A stretch of 64,000 nucleotides of DNA from Balanoglossus misakiensis (GCA_040954595.2 CM082582.2:248001-312000); one strand, 5' to 3'; positions 12,768 through 25,739 are shown, counted from the stretch's first letter. Translations and numbers: made by a program. The notes: generated from the sequence alone by a model not told the origin.

Positions 12768-13371
12768 TAAGAAATGTGTTGTTTTCTCATTAATCCTCAG
12801 CCATGGAACTTAAATATTCTGCTGAATTTGTATTGATTAGTAGGCTTAGCTTTAAGTGATAATTTAGTACTTATGTCTGATGATTTTAGGGAATAACTTT
12901 TGAAAACTACATTAATAATTTTGCAGTTTTTATCACTGTGTATTTTTCTTAAACCCACAACTGGGCATAAATTGTAATGGCAATTTTCCAGTAAGGAGCT
13001 AAACCCAGTGAATGGTATAGTTTAGCAATTACAATGTACATAATATATAGACAGGTGATAATTACAGGAATAATTTTAAATTTGTAGAAATTTAGTCCCC
13101 CATAATGATTAGTTGACTGAGTACCGGTCCATGTTTCTCCCATAGAAATATAAATATTTTCACATTTTGTTAGTCTATTGGATAAATAAATAAGTTTATC
13201 AGATCCTAGAGTTTTACAATGGTTAATGTACATCAGATAGCTAACTACCCACCAGATTAAAAGGGAAAATACAATGTAAGTGTACCATAGGTAACATTAA
13301 ACTCAACCAGTCTATGATAATCAATTAATATTTACTATTTATTATTTGTTGCAGGTGTTGGGGATTGTTAG

Positions 13372-14357
13372 CAGCCAAGTTGGAGTTCATAGCAGTTAGT
13401 TATAATTGTCTATTTACACGTTTTTTCTCATTAGTTTCAGATTTCCATGATGCCCAATATCCTCCTGTCCAGATGCCAAGTTGGTAACCAGGTAACATGA
13501 TTCCTATGGTGTGAGTATGCAAATTAATGGCTCATGGCTTGCAGTCATGTGACATCTCCGTGTCTCTTGTGATTTCCTGGACACGTTGCCCTAGTCGCCT
13601 TGAAACCAGAAACGACTGAGCACCCAACGAGAAATAATTATAGATTGGAGCCAAGTTGAAGTTCATAGCAGTCAGTAATAATTGTCTATTTACACAAATT
13701 TTCTCATTAGTTTCAGATTACCATGATGCCCAATATCCTCCTGTCCAGATGCCAAGTTGGTAACCGGGTAACATGATTCCTATGGTGTGAGTATGCAAAT
13801 AAATGGCTCATGGCTTGCAGTCATGTGACATCTCCGTGTCTCTTGTGTTATCCTGGACACTTTGCACTAGTCGCCTTTGAACCAGAAACAACTGAGCACC
13901 CAACGAGAAATAATTATGGATTGGAGCCAAGTTGAAGTTCATAACAGTCAGTTATAATTGTCTATTTACACAATTTTTTCTCATTAGTTTCAGATTTCCA
14001 TGATGCCCAATATCCTCCTGTCCAGATGCCAAGTTGGTAACCAGGTAACATGATTCCTATGGTGTGAGTATGCAAAATAATGGCTCATGGCTTGCAGTCA
14101 TGTGACATCTCCGTGTCTCTGTGTTTTCCTGGACACTTTGCACTAGTCGCCTTTGAACCAGAAACAACTGAGCACCCAACGAGAAATAATTATGGATTGG
14201 AGCCAAGTTGAAGGTCATAGCAGTCAGTTATAATTGTCTATTTACACAATTTTGTCTCATTAGTTTCAGATTTCCATGATGCCCAATATCCTCCTGTCCA
14301 GATGCCAAGTTGGTAACCAGGTAACATGATTCCTGTGGTGTGAGTATGCAAATTAAA
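13372..14357. repeat. Tandem array, ~3.6 units of 276-277 bp
   Basis: TTTCAG|ATT(T/A)CCATGATGCCC recurs with starts at 13441, 13717, 13994, 14270. Confidence 0.95.
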
Positions 14358-14384
14358 TTTGAGTAACCAGCCATTGAAGTACAT

Positions 14385-16655
14385 TACATTCATGAAGACA
14401 GGAGATCATCTCTGTCCATAGATATATTTTACCATTATGTTGTTTGACACAGAAATACTTATTAGCATATTTTCCATTTTTTGCAGAAAGGGGTATCTAG
14501 CTGTTGATCAAAATCTGCCAAACTAGATGTATATTCAAGCCTGTAAAGCAGTACAGTAGTTTGCAAGGGTAACATAAGATAATTATTGTTCTTCTAAGAT
14601 TTCCTTTACCCCATAGATGACAGCATAGAATTTAATTGCTCATTTTGGAGGGCAGTGTGTGACTTATTGTATTGTCCATCCAGGAGATTATCCTTACATT
14701 TTACTGCCTTATTTTTTGACACTAAAATACTGTCATATTTTCCATTTTTGTAGATAATAGTTTCTCTCTGGTGATCAACATTGATGATCTGTCGAACTGG
14801 ATGTGTGTACACATCTTGGTATTACTCGATCTTTCCGCAGCATTTGACACTGTGAACCATACCATTTTACTCAATCGCTTAAGAGACCGCTTCGGTCTCT
14901 CAGATACTGTTCTCATGTGGTTTAAGTCTTACCTTTCCAATCGTAGTCAGTGTGTACTTGTAAATTCCACCCAATCACCTTTCTATCCGCTCGACTCTGG
15001 GGTACCACAGGGATCAGTTCTTGGTCCCATACTTTTCAATATGTACACGTCTCCATTAGGTGAATTAGTTCAAAGTCATGGTTGTCTTTATAGTTTTTTA
15101 TGCAGATGACTCTTCACTTTATATGTCTTTTAGTAAAGACAACGCAGCAAGAACTGTTTCAAATCTTGAACTTTGTATTTCTGATGTTAGGTTTTGGATG
15201 TCTGAAAACTTCTTGTGCTTAAACGATGATAAGACTGAATTTGTTATTTTCTCTGGTATTTTGGGTGATCTGTCTGCTAGAGGGATTTCAGAAATTCGTG
15301 TTGGCGATTCTCTGATTCCCGTCCATTGTCAGGCTAAGAGCCTTGGAGTGATCCTTGACTCTTGTCTGACAATGAAGCCACATATTGGACAGATCTGCCG
15401 CTCTGCCACTTTTAATTTACGTCGCATTGCGCTTATCCGCAAATATTTATCTCATTCAGCTACAGAGCAATTAGTTCATGCATTCATTACGTCTCGAATT
15501 GATTCATGTAATTCACTTTTATTTGGGCTCCCGAAGTATTCAATCAACCGTATCCAACGCGTTCAGAATATTGCTGCTAGAATTGTAACTCGTTCTAAAA
15601 TCACCTGTCACATCACTCCAATTTTGTATCAGTTGCACTGGCTACCTGTTACAGAGCGTATTGTTTTTAAGATGTTAGTTCTCATTTTTAAATCCATTCA
15701 TAAACTTGGTCCAATCTATCTTTCTAGCATGACTAATCTATATGTTCCATGTCGCAATTTAAGGTCAGCTGATCAGTTCAAACTCTGCCCTGTTCGATCA
15801 CGCACCAAGAGTTATGGTGATCGTGCTTTTACTGTTGCTGCTCCAATTCTTTGGAATAATCTTCCACTCACCATTCGCCAGGCACCAGACTTATCTGTTT
15901 TTAAATCAAATGTTAAAACTTTACTTTTTAAATCTGTTTTTTAGCCATTTGTTGTATTGTACTTTTGCTTTAAGCGTCATTGATCACATTTTTTTGTGGA
16001 TACTGACGCTATACAAATAAATTATTATTATTATTATTATTACATGCCTGTATTGCAGCCAATTGGTGTCTGAGGGTAACATATAAGATAATTCTTTTTC
16101 TCCTAAAGATTTCCTAGACCCCATAGATGAATGCATATAATTTAATTGCTCATTTTGGAGGGCAGTGTGTGACTTATTGTATTGTCCATCCAGGAGATCA
16201 TCTGTCCATACATTTTACTGTCATGTTTTTTGACACTAAAATACTTTGTCATATTTTCCATTTTTGCAGATAATGGTTTCTCTCTGGTGATCAACATTGA
16301 TCTGTCGAACTGGATGTGTGTACATGCCTGTATTGCAGCCAAGTGGTGTCTGAGGGTAACATAAGATAATTCTTATTCTGTTAAAGATTTCCTAGACGCC
16401 ATGGATGACAGCATAGAATTTAATTGCTCATTTGGAGGCCCCTGTACAACGTATTGTATTGTTCATGAAGACAGGAGATCATCTCTGTCCATATAGTTAC
16501 ATTTTGCCGTGCTGTTTGACACAGAAATACTTATTGGCATATTTTTCATTTTTGCAGATAACAGTCACTGGTCCCTGTGATGAGTAATGTCTATCAACAT
16601 AGATCTGTGCATGCTTGTACCGGTATAGCCGCCAAGCACTTCAAAGGTAACATAG
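14385..16655. repeat. Diverged tandem array of ~280-bp units, split by an L2 LINE
   Basis: GGTAACATA at ~14568, 16075, 16355, 16646; TTTGACAC..AAATACT and TTTTTGCAGA recur. Confidence 0.85.
14812..16040 (+). mobile_element. 5'-truncated L2-clade LINE (RT C-terminal half, one frameshift, 3' UTR and (ATT)n tail)
   Basis: LVLLDLSAAFDTVNH, WFKSYLSNRSQ, GVPQGSVLGPILF, YADDS, NFLCLNDDKTE, HITPILYQLHWLPV, YGDRAFTVAAPILWNNLP; 3' AGCGTCA...TGACGCT stem then ATACAAATAA(ATT)n. Confidence 0.95.
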
Positions 16656-18029
16656 CATTAACCTTACGGGCCACTGATAATAAAAGTCGATGCATTCCTT
16701 CATTTTACTTGATAGCAAGCCCCCCCCCCTACTTGATAGCAACCCCCCCACCCCACCCCCTGAAATGCTCCTATACACATCCATATTATATAAAAACACT
16801 GGAAGTGCACATGGTCGGTATATACTGTGTGCTTCAGTCGGGATAAATATTCATCCAGCAATGCATGATGAACTGGGTCTGATTTTATAGCATTTATGCC
16901 CACAGCTGGTCTTTCCACTTATTCATAATTACTGTACAGAGAGAGGAGTCAACGCCATACTCGGAATACTGTAACTGATGTCCAATCCATCCTATTGCTT
17001 TCTCTTCCAATATGCATTCAACCAGTTCATTGCCTGATGAAAAACAGCAGATTTTTTAACTTGTAGTTTCGCGGACTTCAATTCACTCTTTTGACGCGGG
17101 CTTATCTTCATTTGGTAGAGTTTTAAGGGAGTGTCACGCCAGACAAAAATACAAAAGTGGGGCCCAAGTGTGTTCTACCACCATATTACATAGTGATCAA
17201 GAAGTGACCTGATCAGATGTTGTCACATCCTGGGCCCCTTTTTTACCCATGTTCAGTGTTTGACAGGAGCATATTTTCCTTTCTGTGTGAATGTTGAATG
17301 TCTCTTATTTGCTGTAATCAATCAATCAATACAAGGTGAGTGTTATGTCGTCTTTCTGTGCATAGGCAAGAAGAGGATACATGTATGAATGCAGAAGCCC
17401 CAGTGAATCGGATGCAGAGAAGTTTCCTTCCAGGATGACTTTATTTTACTGACTTTGATTCCATCGTCATTCCAAGAATAGAACTTCTCCCACGGGACGA
17501 AATTGAACATTAATCAATCCCTTCCTCATTTATATGATCTGTATTACAAATGTATTATTCTGATAGCATTTTTTGTCATTGTGTCAGAGAGAGAGGGTTT
17601 AAGTAGGTTAAAACTAAATTGTACACTTCAGTTTGCCAACACTGCTAAATTATCACCATGATTTATTCAGCATAACCTGAAGGTTGTTGAATCCTATAGG
17701 CACAATAAGCATTGCATGTAGCAAGCACTTAGTGTAAATTTACGTTAATTGCACAGGGTACAGCAGCCTTCAGGGGTTTACTGTTTAGCTTTGTAGCATA
17801 ATTGCACCCACATATAAAGAAAAAGTCAAGTTAAGATATTAAAGCCGAATGGTAAACAGAATATAAAGGGTTTACAGCATTAGTCCTGTATTGACACAGA
17901 AAGCAAATATGACAATGAACAGTTGACCAACATTGAACATTTTTTGACTGGCTCTCTCTCTCTCTCTCTATAAACTTGGACGGTCATTTTTCCAGAATGT
18001 ACTGGATATAGGCATGATTTACTAGTATT

Positions 18030-18275
18030 GTACATTTATTCATCCATCCATCCATTCATTCATACATACATACATACATACATACATACATACATACATA
18101 CATTTATTCATTCATTCATTCACTCGTTCATTCATTCATTTATTTATATATTTATTTGTGTCGTTGTATGTTTGCATGTACCCGTGTGTGTGTGTGTGTA
18201 TGTATGTATGCATGTATGTATGTATGTATGTATGTATGTATGTATGTATGTATGTATGTATGTATGTATGTATGT

Positions 18276-18365
<90 letters not shown>

Positions 18366-18377
18366 TGTATGTATGTA

Positions 18378-18412
<35 letters not shown>

Positions 18413-18455
18413 ATGTATGTATGTCTGTCTGTATGTATGTATGTATGTATGTATA
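18030..18455. repeat. Compound microsatellite (CATT/CATA/TG/TATG/TA/TCTG)
   Basis: Direct read. Confidence 0.95.
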
Positions 18456-18483
18456 TTTTCAAAATTGTTGGATGCCTCGGAGT

Positions 18484-19045
18484 ACTCTCTGTGTTGTGTT
18501 TTCAAATTCCTATTCGAATTGTCGACATTTTTGGGTGTCTGTGACTACTCTCTCGTCACATTCTGGCCTCTGTGTTTGCTGTAGTTGTGTTTTCGAATTC
18601 TTATTCGAATTGTCGACATTTTTGGGTGTCTGTGGCTACTCTCTCGTCACATTCTGGCCTCTGTGTTTGCCGTGGTTGTGTTTTCGAATTCATATTCGAA
18701 TTGTCGACATTTTTGGGTGTCTGTGACTACTCTCTCGTCACATTCTGGCCTCTGTGTTTGCCGTGGTTGTGTTTTCGAATTCATATTCGAATTGTCGACA
18801 TTTTTGGGTGTCTGTGACTACATCTCGTCACATTTTGGCCTCTGTGTTTGCCGTAGTTGTGTTTTCGAATTCATATTCGAATTGTCAACATTTTTGGGTG
18901 TCTGTGACTACTCTCTCGTCACATTCTGGCCTCTGTGTTTGCCGTGGTTGTGTTTTCGAATTCATATTCGAATTGTCGACATTTTTGGGTGTCTGTGACT
19001 ACTCTCTCATCACATTCTGGCCTCTGTGTTTGCCGTGGTTGTGTT
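18484..19045. repeat. Tandem array, ~6 units of 91 bp
   Basis: GTGTTTTCGAATTCATATTCGAATTGTCGACATTTTTGGGTGTCTGTGACTACTCTCTCGTCACATTCTGGCC repeated at high identity. Confidence 0.95.
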
Positions 19046-19689
19046 CTTTCCGCGCCTAGGATGTTTTTGGTCATCTGATGAAGCTGGTTCTCTACAAGAT
19101 CCCAAGAATCCCAAGATTGTAGTCCGTCTTCAAGCAATTTATGTTTTTGCGCGCGCGCGCGTGCATCTGTCGCTTGCTCTGTTGTACTTTCCCATATTAT
19201 AAATAAAGAATACGGTATGTATGTGTGTGCATTTTAAAATTTTTAGGATTTTATTATCTGTCTGTGTTCTTTTTCCTATGTTTTTAGGGTATGTCTTTAA
19301 TGAATTTTTCCAATGGCTATAACAGATGAGAAGGTTTCAATTGCAATATGTTTTATAATACCATAGTTTAGCATGACTAACTTAATTTCATGATGAGAAA
19401 AATATTTCAATAAATACTTCAAGTCCTCTAAAACATGCAATAGATCCTTCAAGTCCAGTGTAGTTTCCTGGGATCAGTTCATTAGTTGGGGTTTTTTTGT
19501 TTGCGTAGTATTCAACAGTTAGATATGTTGGTATATCTATTTTATGGTCACGTCTTGCCCACTGAGTCTGTCGATAATCAATAGATTTTCCCCGCATTGC
19601 TAGCGAGTCCCACACAACGACGGCCCCAATCAACAGACTCAGTGCACAAGTAGGTTCTTTAATATTACCTTAATGATTTTGCCTTTACT

Positions 19690-21330
19690 TGACATAATTA
19701 AGTATTTTCATATCACACTTTTAATGCATTTGCATCGTTGCATGTATATGCATTGTGTGATTACTAGGTTTATAGTGCTTTGATTTTTGATGATTTTTTT
19801 TCTTTTTAAATACATAAATAATGTGTTTGCAGTAGCCATATAGGCATAATTGTTTTTTTTGGCGGGGGGGGGGGGGGTATATTGGTGAATTTGCTCTTAA
19901 ATTGAATAGCATTGAGCCTATGCAACATGGCTTACAGGCAACACATTATTTAAACTTTGTGGACAATAAAAAAACTTCACATTGTGGAGTTTTCTTTATT
20001 TTATACACTTTTAGTTTTGAGTTATTTAAACGCACATCTTTAGGCTTTTTCCTCAATGTTCGAGGGTCTTTAATGAACTTTTTTCCAATGGCTGTATCAG
20101 ACGAGGTAATTTGCTTTGGCTTGACATTGCCAAGTATTTATGCATCGTCTGAGTGTTTGCAGTCCTTTGATTTTATTGATGAAAATTTCCTTTATAAGAA
20201 CATAAATAATGTGTTTGCAGAAGCCATGTATTCATAATTGTTTTGTTTTGATTGTATTTTTTTTTGGGGGGGGGGGCAGTAAATTCGCTAAAAAATTGAA
20301 TGGCATGGAGATCATGCATCGTGGGTTACAGTCAACACATTATTTACAATGATATACTTCTGTTTAAGAAGTTTTATACACATTCAGTTTTCAGTTATTT
20401 TACATTTTAACATTCCTCTTTTTCCTCAATTTAAGAGGGTCTTTCACATTTTCAAGTGACTTTATCAGATAAGATTTTAATTTGCTAAATAATGTGTTTG
20501 CAGAAGCCATAAATTCATAATTGTTTTGTTTGTATTTCGGGGGGAGGGTAGTAAATCAGTAAATTTGCTCATAAATTGAATGGCATGGAGATCATGCATC
20601 ATGGCTTGCAGGCAACACATTATTTACAATGATATACTTCTTTTCAAGAAGTTTTCTCTATTTTATACACATTTAGTTTTCAGTTATTTTACATTTGAAC
20701 ATTCTTTTTTTCCTTAATTTAAGAGGGTCTTTCACATTTTCAAGTGACTTTATCAGATAAGATTTTAATTTGCTAAATAATGTGTTTGCAGAAGCCATAT
20801 ATTCATAATTGTTATGTTTGTATTTCGGGGGGAGGGTAGTAAATCAGTAAAAATGCTCATAAATTGAATGGCATGGAGATCATGCATCATGGCTTACAGG
20901 CAACACATTATTTACAATGATATACTTCTTTTTAAGAAGTTTTATACACATTCAGTTTTCAGTTATTTTACATTTTAACATTCCTCTTTTTCCTCAATTT
21001 AAGAGGGTCTTTCACATTTTCAAGTGACTTTATCAGATAAGATTTTAATTTGCTAAATAATGAGTTTGCAGAAGCCATATATTCATAATTGTTTTGTTTT
21101 GTTTGTATTTCTGGGGGAGGGTAGTAAATCAGTAAATTCGCTCATAAATTGAATGGCATGGAGATCATGCATCATGGCTTACAGGCAACACATTATTTAC
21201 ACTTTTCTGACAGTAAAATACTTTCAATTTGCTTTTGAAGATTTCAACATTCATCTACATTTTCCCCCCAATTTTGGGGGATCATCAATGAAGTCTTCGC
21301 AGTGGCTGTAACTGATGAGGTTTCCTGCGT
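19690..21330. repeat. Tandem array of ~280-390-bp units
   Basis: ATAATGTGTTTGCAG(A/T)AGCCAT at ~19818, 20206, 20488, 20777, 21057; related diverged pieces extend to ~19260 and ~21490. Confidence 0.9.
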
Positions 21331-22331
21331 ATATCTCTTCAAGTCCAGCACAGTTTCATTTTATCACAGGAGCCATCCCAAGGAGAAAGGGGTCTTTATA
21401 AGGGTGGGGGATATTTATGACTATATGACCTGTTTCTGTTTGGGATCGCCCCCAGTACATTAGTCACTTTAGACTCAACTGTGTGCAGTGTTCAATAGTA
21501 TGACTTTATTCTTTTTGTATTTTAATATGAAATTTAAGATTTTACGTTCACGTGACATTGTTTGAGATTTATTCTCATAGACATTAAGGTCCACTATGTG
21601 TTACATTTGACAAATTTTTCAGTACGTAATTTTGGTCTATTTATGCACCACGATTTCTGGTATGCATAATCAGCATTGTTATTGTTAACAATTGTATTCA
21701 AGTCAATTGAATGCATTTGTCAATATTAACAATTCTGTACCAAAAATTACAGGTAGTTGCCCTTTAATTGTAAATGCTACATTTAGAACAGTGTAACACC
21801 AAACCTATTATGATTTATTGAGAACACTTTATTCATTCAGAGATGAAATATTAATTTTTGTCAGTTTTAGTTTAGACCTACAATACCAAATTTTGCTTGG
21901 TATTGTTAAACTTCCAACATTTTCTTTCTGTGAACCTGCTATTTTGTGTAACAGATTAGCATCTTAACTTGAAAGTAGGGTTTTCAAAGAGGCATGAATT
22001 TAGAAATATAATTTTTTGTAAAGTTGGTGAATTACCTACGCTTTCCCAGAGTTTTTTCCCCTTATCCTGAAAAAAGGGTTTTATCTCTGGGTTTTGGTGC
22101 GGGGTAAATTTTCAGTTTATATATCATTCAAGTTTAGAATAAAGTACATGAGCCGCTTCTCATGTAAAATTGACATGTATTGTGTGTGTGTATGCTTTTG
22201 GATGTGGTAGCCTGCAGGCCAGGTGGCATGGCCATGGTGACTACATGTGGAGTGGGTTGGGTCTTTGTATGTATGTGTTGAGAGTTAGGGGATTGTGTGT
22301 GTCAGTCAACAGTACGTGTAGAGAAGGTATA

Positions 22332-22502
22332 CGGTCACTTATGGAAATTTAGCTACAGTTACCACGTTAACTTGAGATCTAGCCAATCACGGATTTTCAG
22401 TGGGTGGCACATGCGAAAAAAAGAGCGCCGCCATATGTTATTTAGAACCCGCAAATACTCTATTTCAGCCATATATGGGTGTATGTAAATTGGCGGTGAC
22501 TG
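22332..22502. mobile_element. Small TIR element flanked by TA
   Basis: TA-CGGTCAC...AATTTA..TACA and TGTA..TAAATT...GTGACTG-TA; imperfect TIRs. Confidence 0.45.
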
Positions 22503-22640
22503 TATATCTTTAACTTGAAAATGGTAGCTTCTATCACAGTGATAGTTGATGTGTAGATGTGATGTGGTGGTAGAATGTGAACTTGTTGACATGAAATTGT
22601 GAATCAAAATGGAGACCTAAAAGATGGGGAAATACATTAA

Positions 22641-22945
22641 AGCCTCTATAGCTGCCACTTTTTGCATTATTTTCACAATTTTATTTTACTGAGGTATATG
22701 TGAACACTTTACCGATGCCCGATTATGGCTGTATGTAGCGATTTGAAAATGCTATGTATTAAAACAGTTTAATCAGCCTCCATACAAACAGTACGCAGCT
22801 ATCGTGGTATGCATCACCAAGAGATGACAAACTGATGCAAATGCAAGTAATATGGCTTAATGGTGAGGATTTTAGAGGATAGGGAATATATTTGAAGTGT
22901 TTTACTGTGGAAGAAAATCCGTGAAATTTGGCAGCTCTAGGGGCT
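22641..22945. mobile_element. Non-autonomous element with TTAA TSD (Kolobok-like)
   Basis: TTAA-AGCCTCTATAGCTGCCA ... TGGCAGCTCTAGGGGCT-TTAA; 15/17 TIR match; purine-purine start with TTAA TSD is the Kolobok pattern. Confidence 0.75.
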
Positions 22946-23541
22946 TTAAGCGGTTACCATCGACGCCAAGAAATGCTGAAAATCGCCCCTGATTTGCGTC
23001 TCTCTGGGGAATTTACGCCATAAATCGGTAGGATACATATTCATGGTGGAATTTGTATGCATTGTGAAGGATTTTGTGGTCGAAAACTTCGGAAAATCAT
23101 GCATTCTCGGGAGCGTGTGTCCGCGTGTTGCCTCCTTCAGAGTCAATTACACAATGAACGCCGCCATTTGGCTACCCCTATTTATAGGGGTATAAATAAG
23201 GGTAGCAACAACAATCCTGGATATAACAACAGGATATAACAACAGGTGAAACAAACTGAACGCAGTTGTTGATAACATGCAGATTGAGCTGTCTCAAATC
23301 TTAGGGAGCATTCGTTTTTTACAGGGAGGGGGGGGGGGCGGTGAAATTTGAGTCGCCGACTAAATGTAAAAGGCAACCCCCCCTCGAAATTACTTTTCTA
23401 AAATGTGCCCCCCCCCCCTAAATTCTTCAACTGTAAAATGTGACCCCCCCCCAAAAAAAAAGTTTATCCACCGGATTAAACTTATCAAACTTTGTCAGAT
23501 ATTGGTGTATGTTCGACATACCACATAATCAACCATGAAAC

Positions 23542-24635
23542 CTAGTCTACATAGTTCCTTGATTTCCAAGTAGTGCATTGTCTGCCTGATCTTGTTAGGC
23601 TGCATTCACAAACGCCTCTGGAGGGGGGGGGGGACGGGAGAATTCAATTTTTTTACCGCTAATTTTCAAATCCCCCCTTCCGAACTGCCAAAATTTTGAA
23701 ATCCCCCCCCCCACCCATTTTCTTTCACAGAGCAAAACACATCACCTATCTATCTTGTAGAAAAAAGAAAAAACAGCGCTCCCATGAAAAGAATTTGAAA
23801 CTGATGTACCCCCTCACTGAACATTGTTTTTATTTTTAAGTATTTGTATTCTGTGTTGGGAGACATTGTAAACCGAGAATTGAAGGGAGTGGGATTGAAA
23901 GAAAGAAAATTTTATAAAATACAGAGCTCAAAGCTGCATTTTAATGAACCCGGCAAAAGCAAATTAACTCAACTACCGGTATGTTGGGGAGGAGAAATTT
24001 AACCGTCGCCGCTCAAAGTTATCATGGGGTGGGGCAAATCCCCTGACCTGGGACACTAGATAAACCAGTCAATGATTGAAAGGTGCTGATGAATGGAGGG
24101 GGTGGGTAAAATAAAGGGCGCGAAACTGCATTTTTATGGACTCAAAATAAATATTTTGTCGTCAAAGTTTTCAAGTCCCCCCCTTTCAGTCCCTAAATTA
24201 TTTCAAATCCCCCCTTACATACCCTCAATTTTTTCAAATCCCCCCCTCAATTCTCCTGCCCCCCCCCTCCCAGAGGTGTTTGTGAATGCAGCCTTACGTG
24301 AAAGAGTTCACTTTCAATGTCGCCGCTATCACTTTCTGAGTCACTTTCCTCTGAATCACCTAGTTCACCTATCACTTCATGCTCATCTTCTGGTTCACTG
24401 TCCTCATCCAAGTCATCCTCTTCATCCTCCTGCTCATCCTCCTCTTTGTCCCTCTCATGGTTTACTCTGAGACTTTCCAGAGTTGTTTGACACAGTTTCC
24501 GGCCAATGTGCGCTTCAACTATTTTCAGTTTGTCTTTTTTTCAGCATCTTTTTCTCTGTTGTCAATTTATGTATGTTCATGTACATGTCTAGGTCAAAAA
24601 CTTTCAGCTCACATAGTTCACTGTTTCTGTATATT
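23542..24635 (-). pseudogene. C-terminal relic of a probable transposon protein (SAP-like helix pattern, acidic tract, TRSGR), split by the nested MITE
   Basis: Manual translation after removing 23598-24296 and one A of a 7-A run: YRNSELCELKVFDLDMYMNIHKLTTEKKMLKK-DKLKIVEAHIGRKL...EEDEQEDEEDDLDEDSE...SELFHV-TRSGRQCTTWKSRNYVD*. Confidence 0.65.
23598..24293. mobile_element. Family A MITE, complete, nested
   Basis: TIR GGCTGCATTCACAAAC(G/A)CCTCTGG at both ends; TTA at 23595-23597 and 24294-24296. Confidence 0.92.
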
Positions 24636-25739
24636 GCCATGATACAGCCTGAAAATGTTATTTTTGTGATCAAAAGTGTACTTGTTGTCACCTGATCACA
24701 CAGAATAAAGACATGTTCGTATTCTATTTTATATACTTTACGGTCAATTCTGTTGTTTTTTGCTATAATTCCATACAAATCTGTTGTAAAAATTGTCCCC
24801 CCCCAAACCATTGATTATAAAATTTGTCCCCCCCTAAAAACTGCTTTGTAAAAGTAAACCCCCCCCCCTGATTTCCACCGCCCCCCCCCCCTCCCTGTAA
24901 AAAACGAATGCTCCCTTACCAATCAGAAACAGCCTTCCAAGACTGCGTAGCGCTCTTGTAAAGTTATTTTTGATTGTTCAAATTCTTTACCATGTCACTG
25001 CTGGCATACAACAATTCATATGACCCAGCAACTTTGTATAGATGCACTGACATCAATGATATGCCTTCCAAAGCGCCACACATAGTGTAATTACACATGT
25101 TTCATGCTACTGACACGCTCTACCTTTTACCAGGTTCATACACGAAAAAAATTGAGAGGCTATTTGCCTATGGTAAACACAGAGCATTAATCGTTTGAGT
25201 CGCCTTGTGTTCACACACACAAAGTTTATGTATATGCGCTGAGGCTCAGTCCCAAAGACAATGGATTGCAGAGAGGTTTTAATCCTTACACCGGATCAGG
25301 TCTGACGGGAAAAGCCGTCTCAAATCTAAGCCGTTTCAGAACCACTATACACCGTCCACACATGTTTTTTTAAGACAGTATGTGATCTGAGACGTTTCAG
25401 AACCGTCTTAATGGTGTGTGTGACCCCCATATTAGACAACTTAGACAATATTATCCGAAAATAAATATTAGACAAAATCATCCGATAATAAATATTAGCT
25501 CAGTCTATGTCCTGGCGCATTTCATCAGGACAATAAAATACATAACAAAAGCCCTCACTACGCACCCACTCGACTTTTTGCCGGTAAAGCAACTTTTACA
25601 TGCAGGAGAATTCCACTGGATGAAAATCTGTAACATTTAGCTTTATTTTCAGTATTTTAATTTTGTGTAAAAATTGCAATTTCTTGTTTTACTCCAAACA
25701 TCACTTTAATATACATGTAGTACCAAATACTCAAATCAT

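Larger units (their letters stand above)
23304..24915. mobile_element. Family B TIR element carrying a coding relic and a nested family A MITE
   Basis: TIR GGGAGCATTCGTTTTTTACAGGGAGGGG at both ends; TTA at 23301-23303 and 24916-24918. Confidence 0.9.

Noticed and set aside
12504-12813. Signal-peptide-like poly-Asp ORF and poly-Met ORF
   Set aside because: Translation of (GAT)n; two other such tracts lie nearby; non-ATG starts.
18028-19059. Stack of long ORFs; CRISPR-like regularity
   Set aside because: Microsatellite and 91-bp tandem translations; no unique spacers and no cas genes.
19075-19140. CTGATGA as a hammerhead ribozyme core
   Set aside because: No downstream GAAA closing a stem II.
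21588-21763. TTAA-flanked element
   Set aside because: Ends match only ~12/17; too decayed to call.
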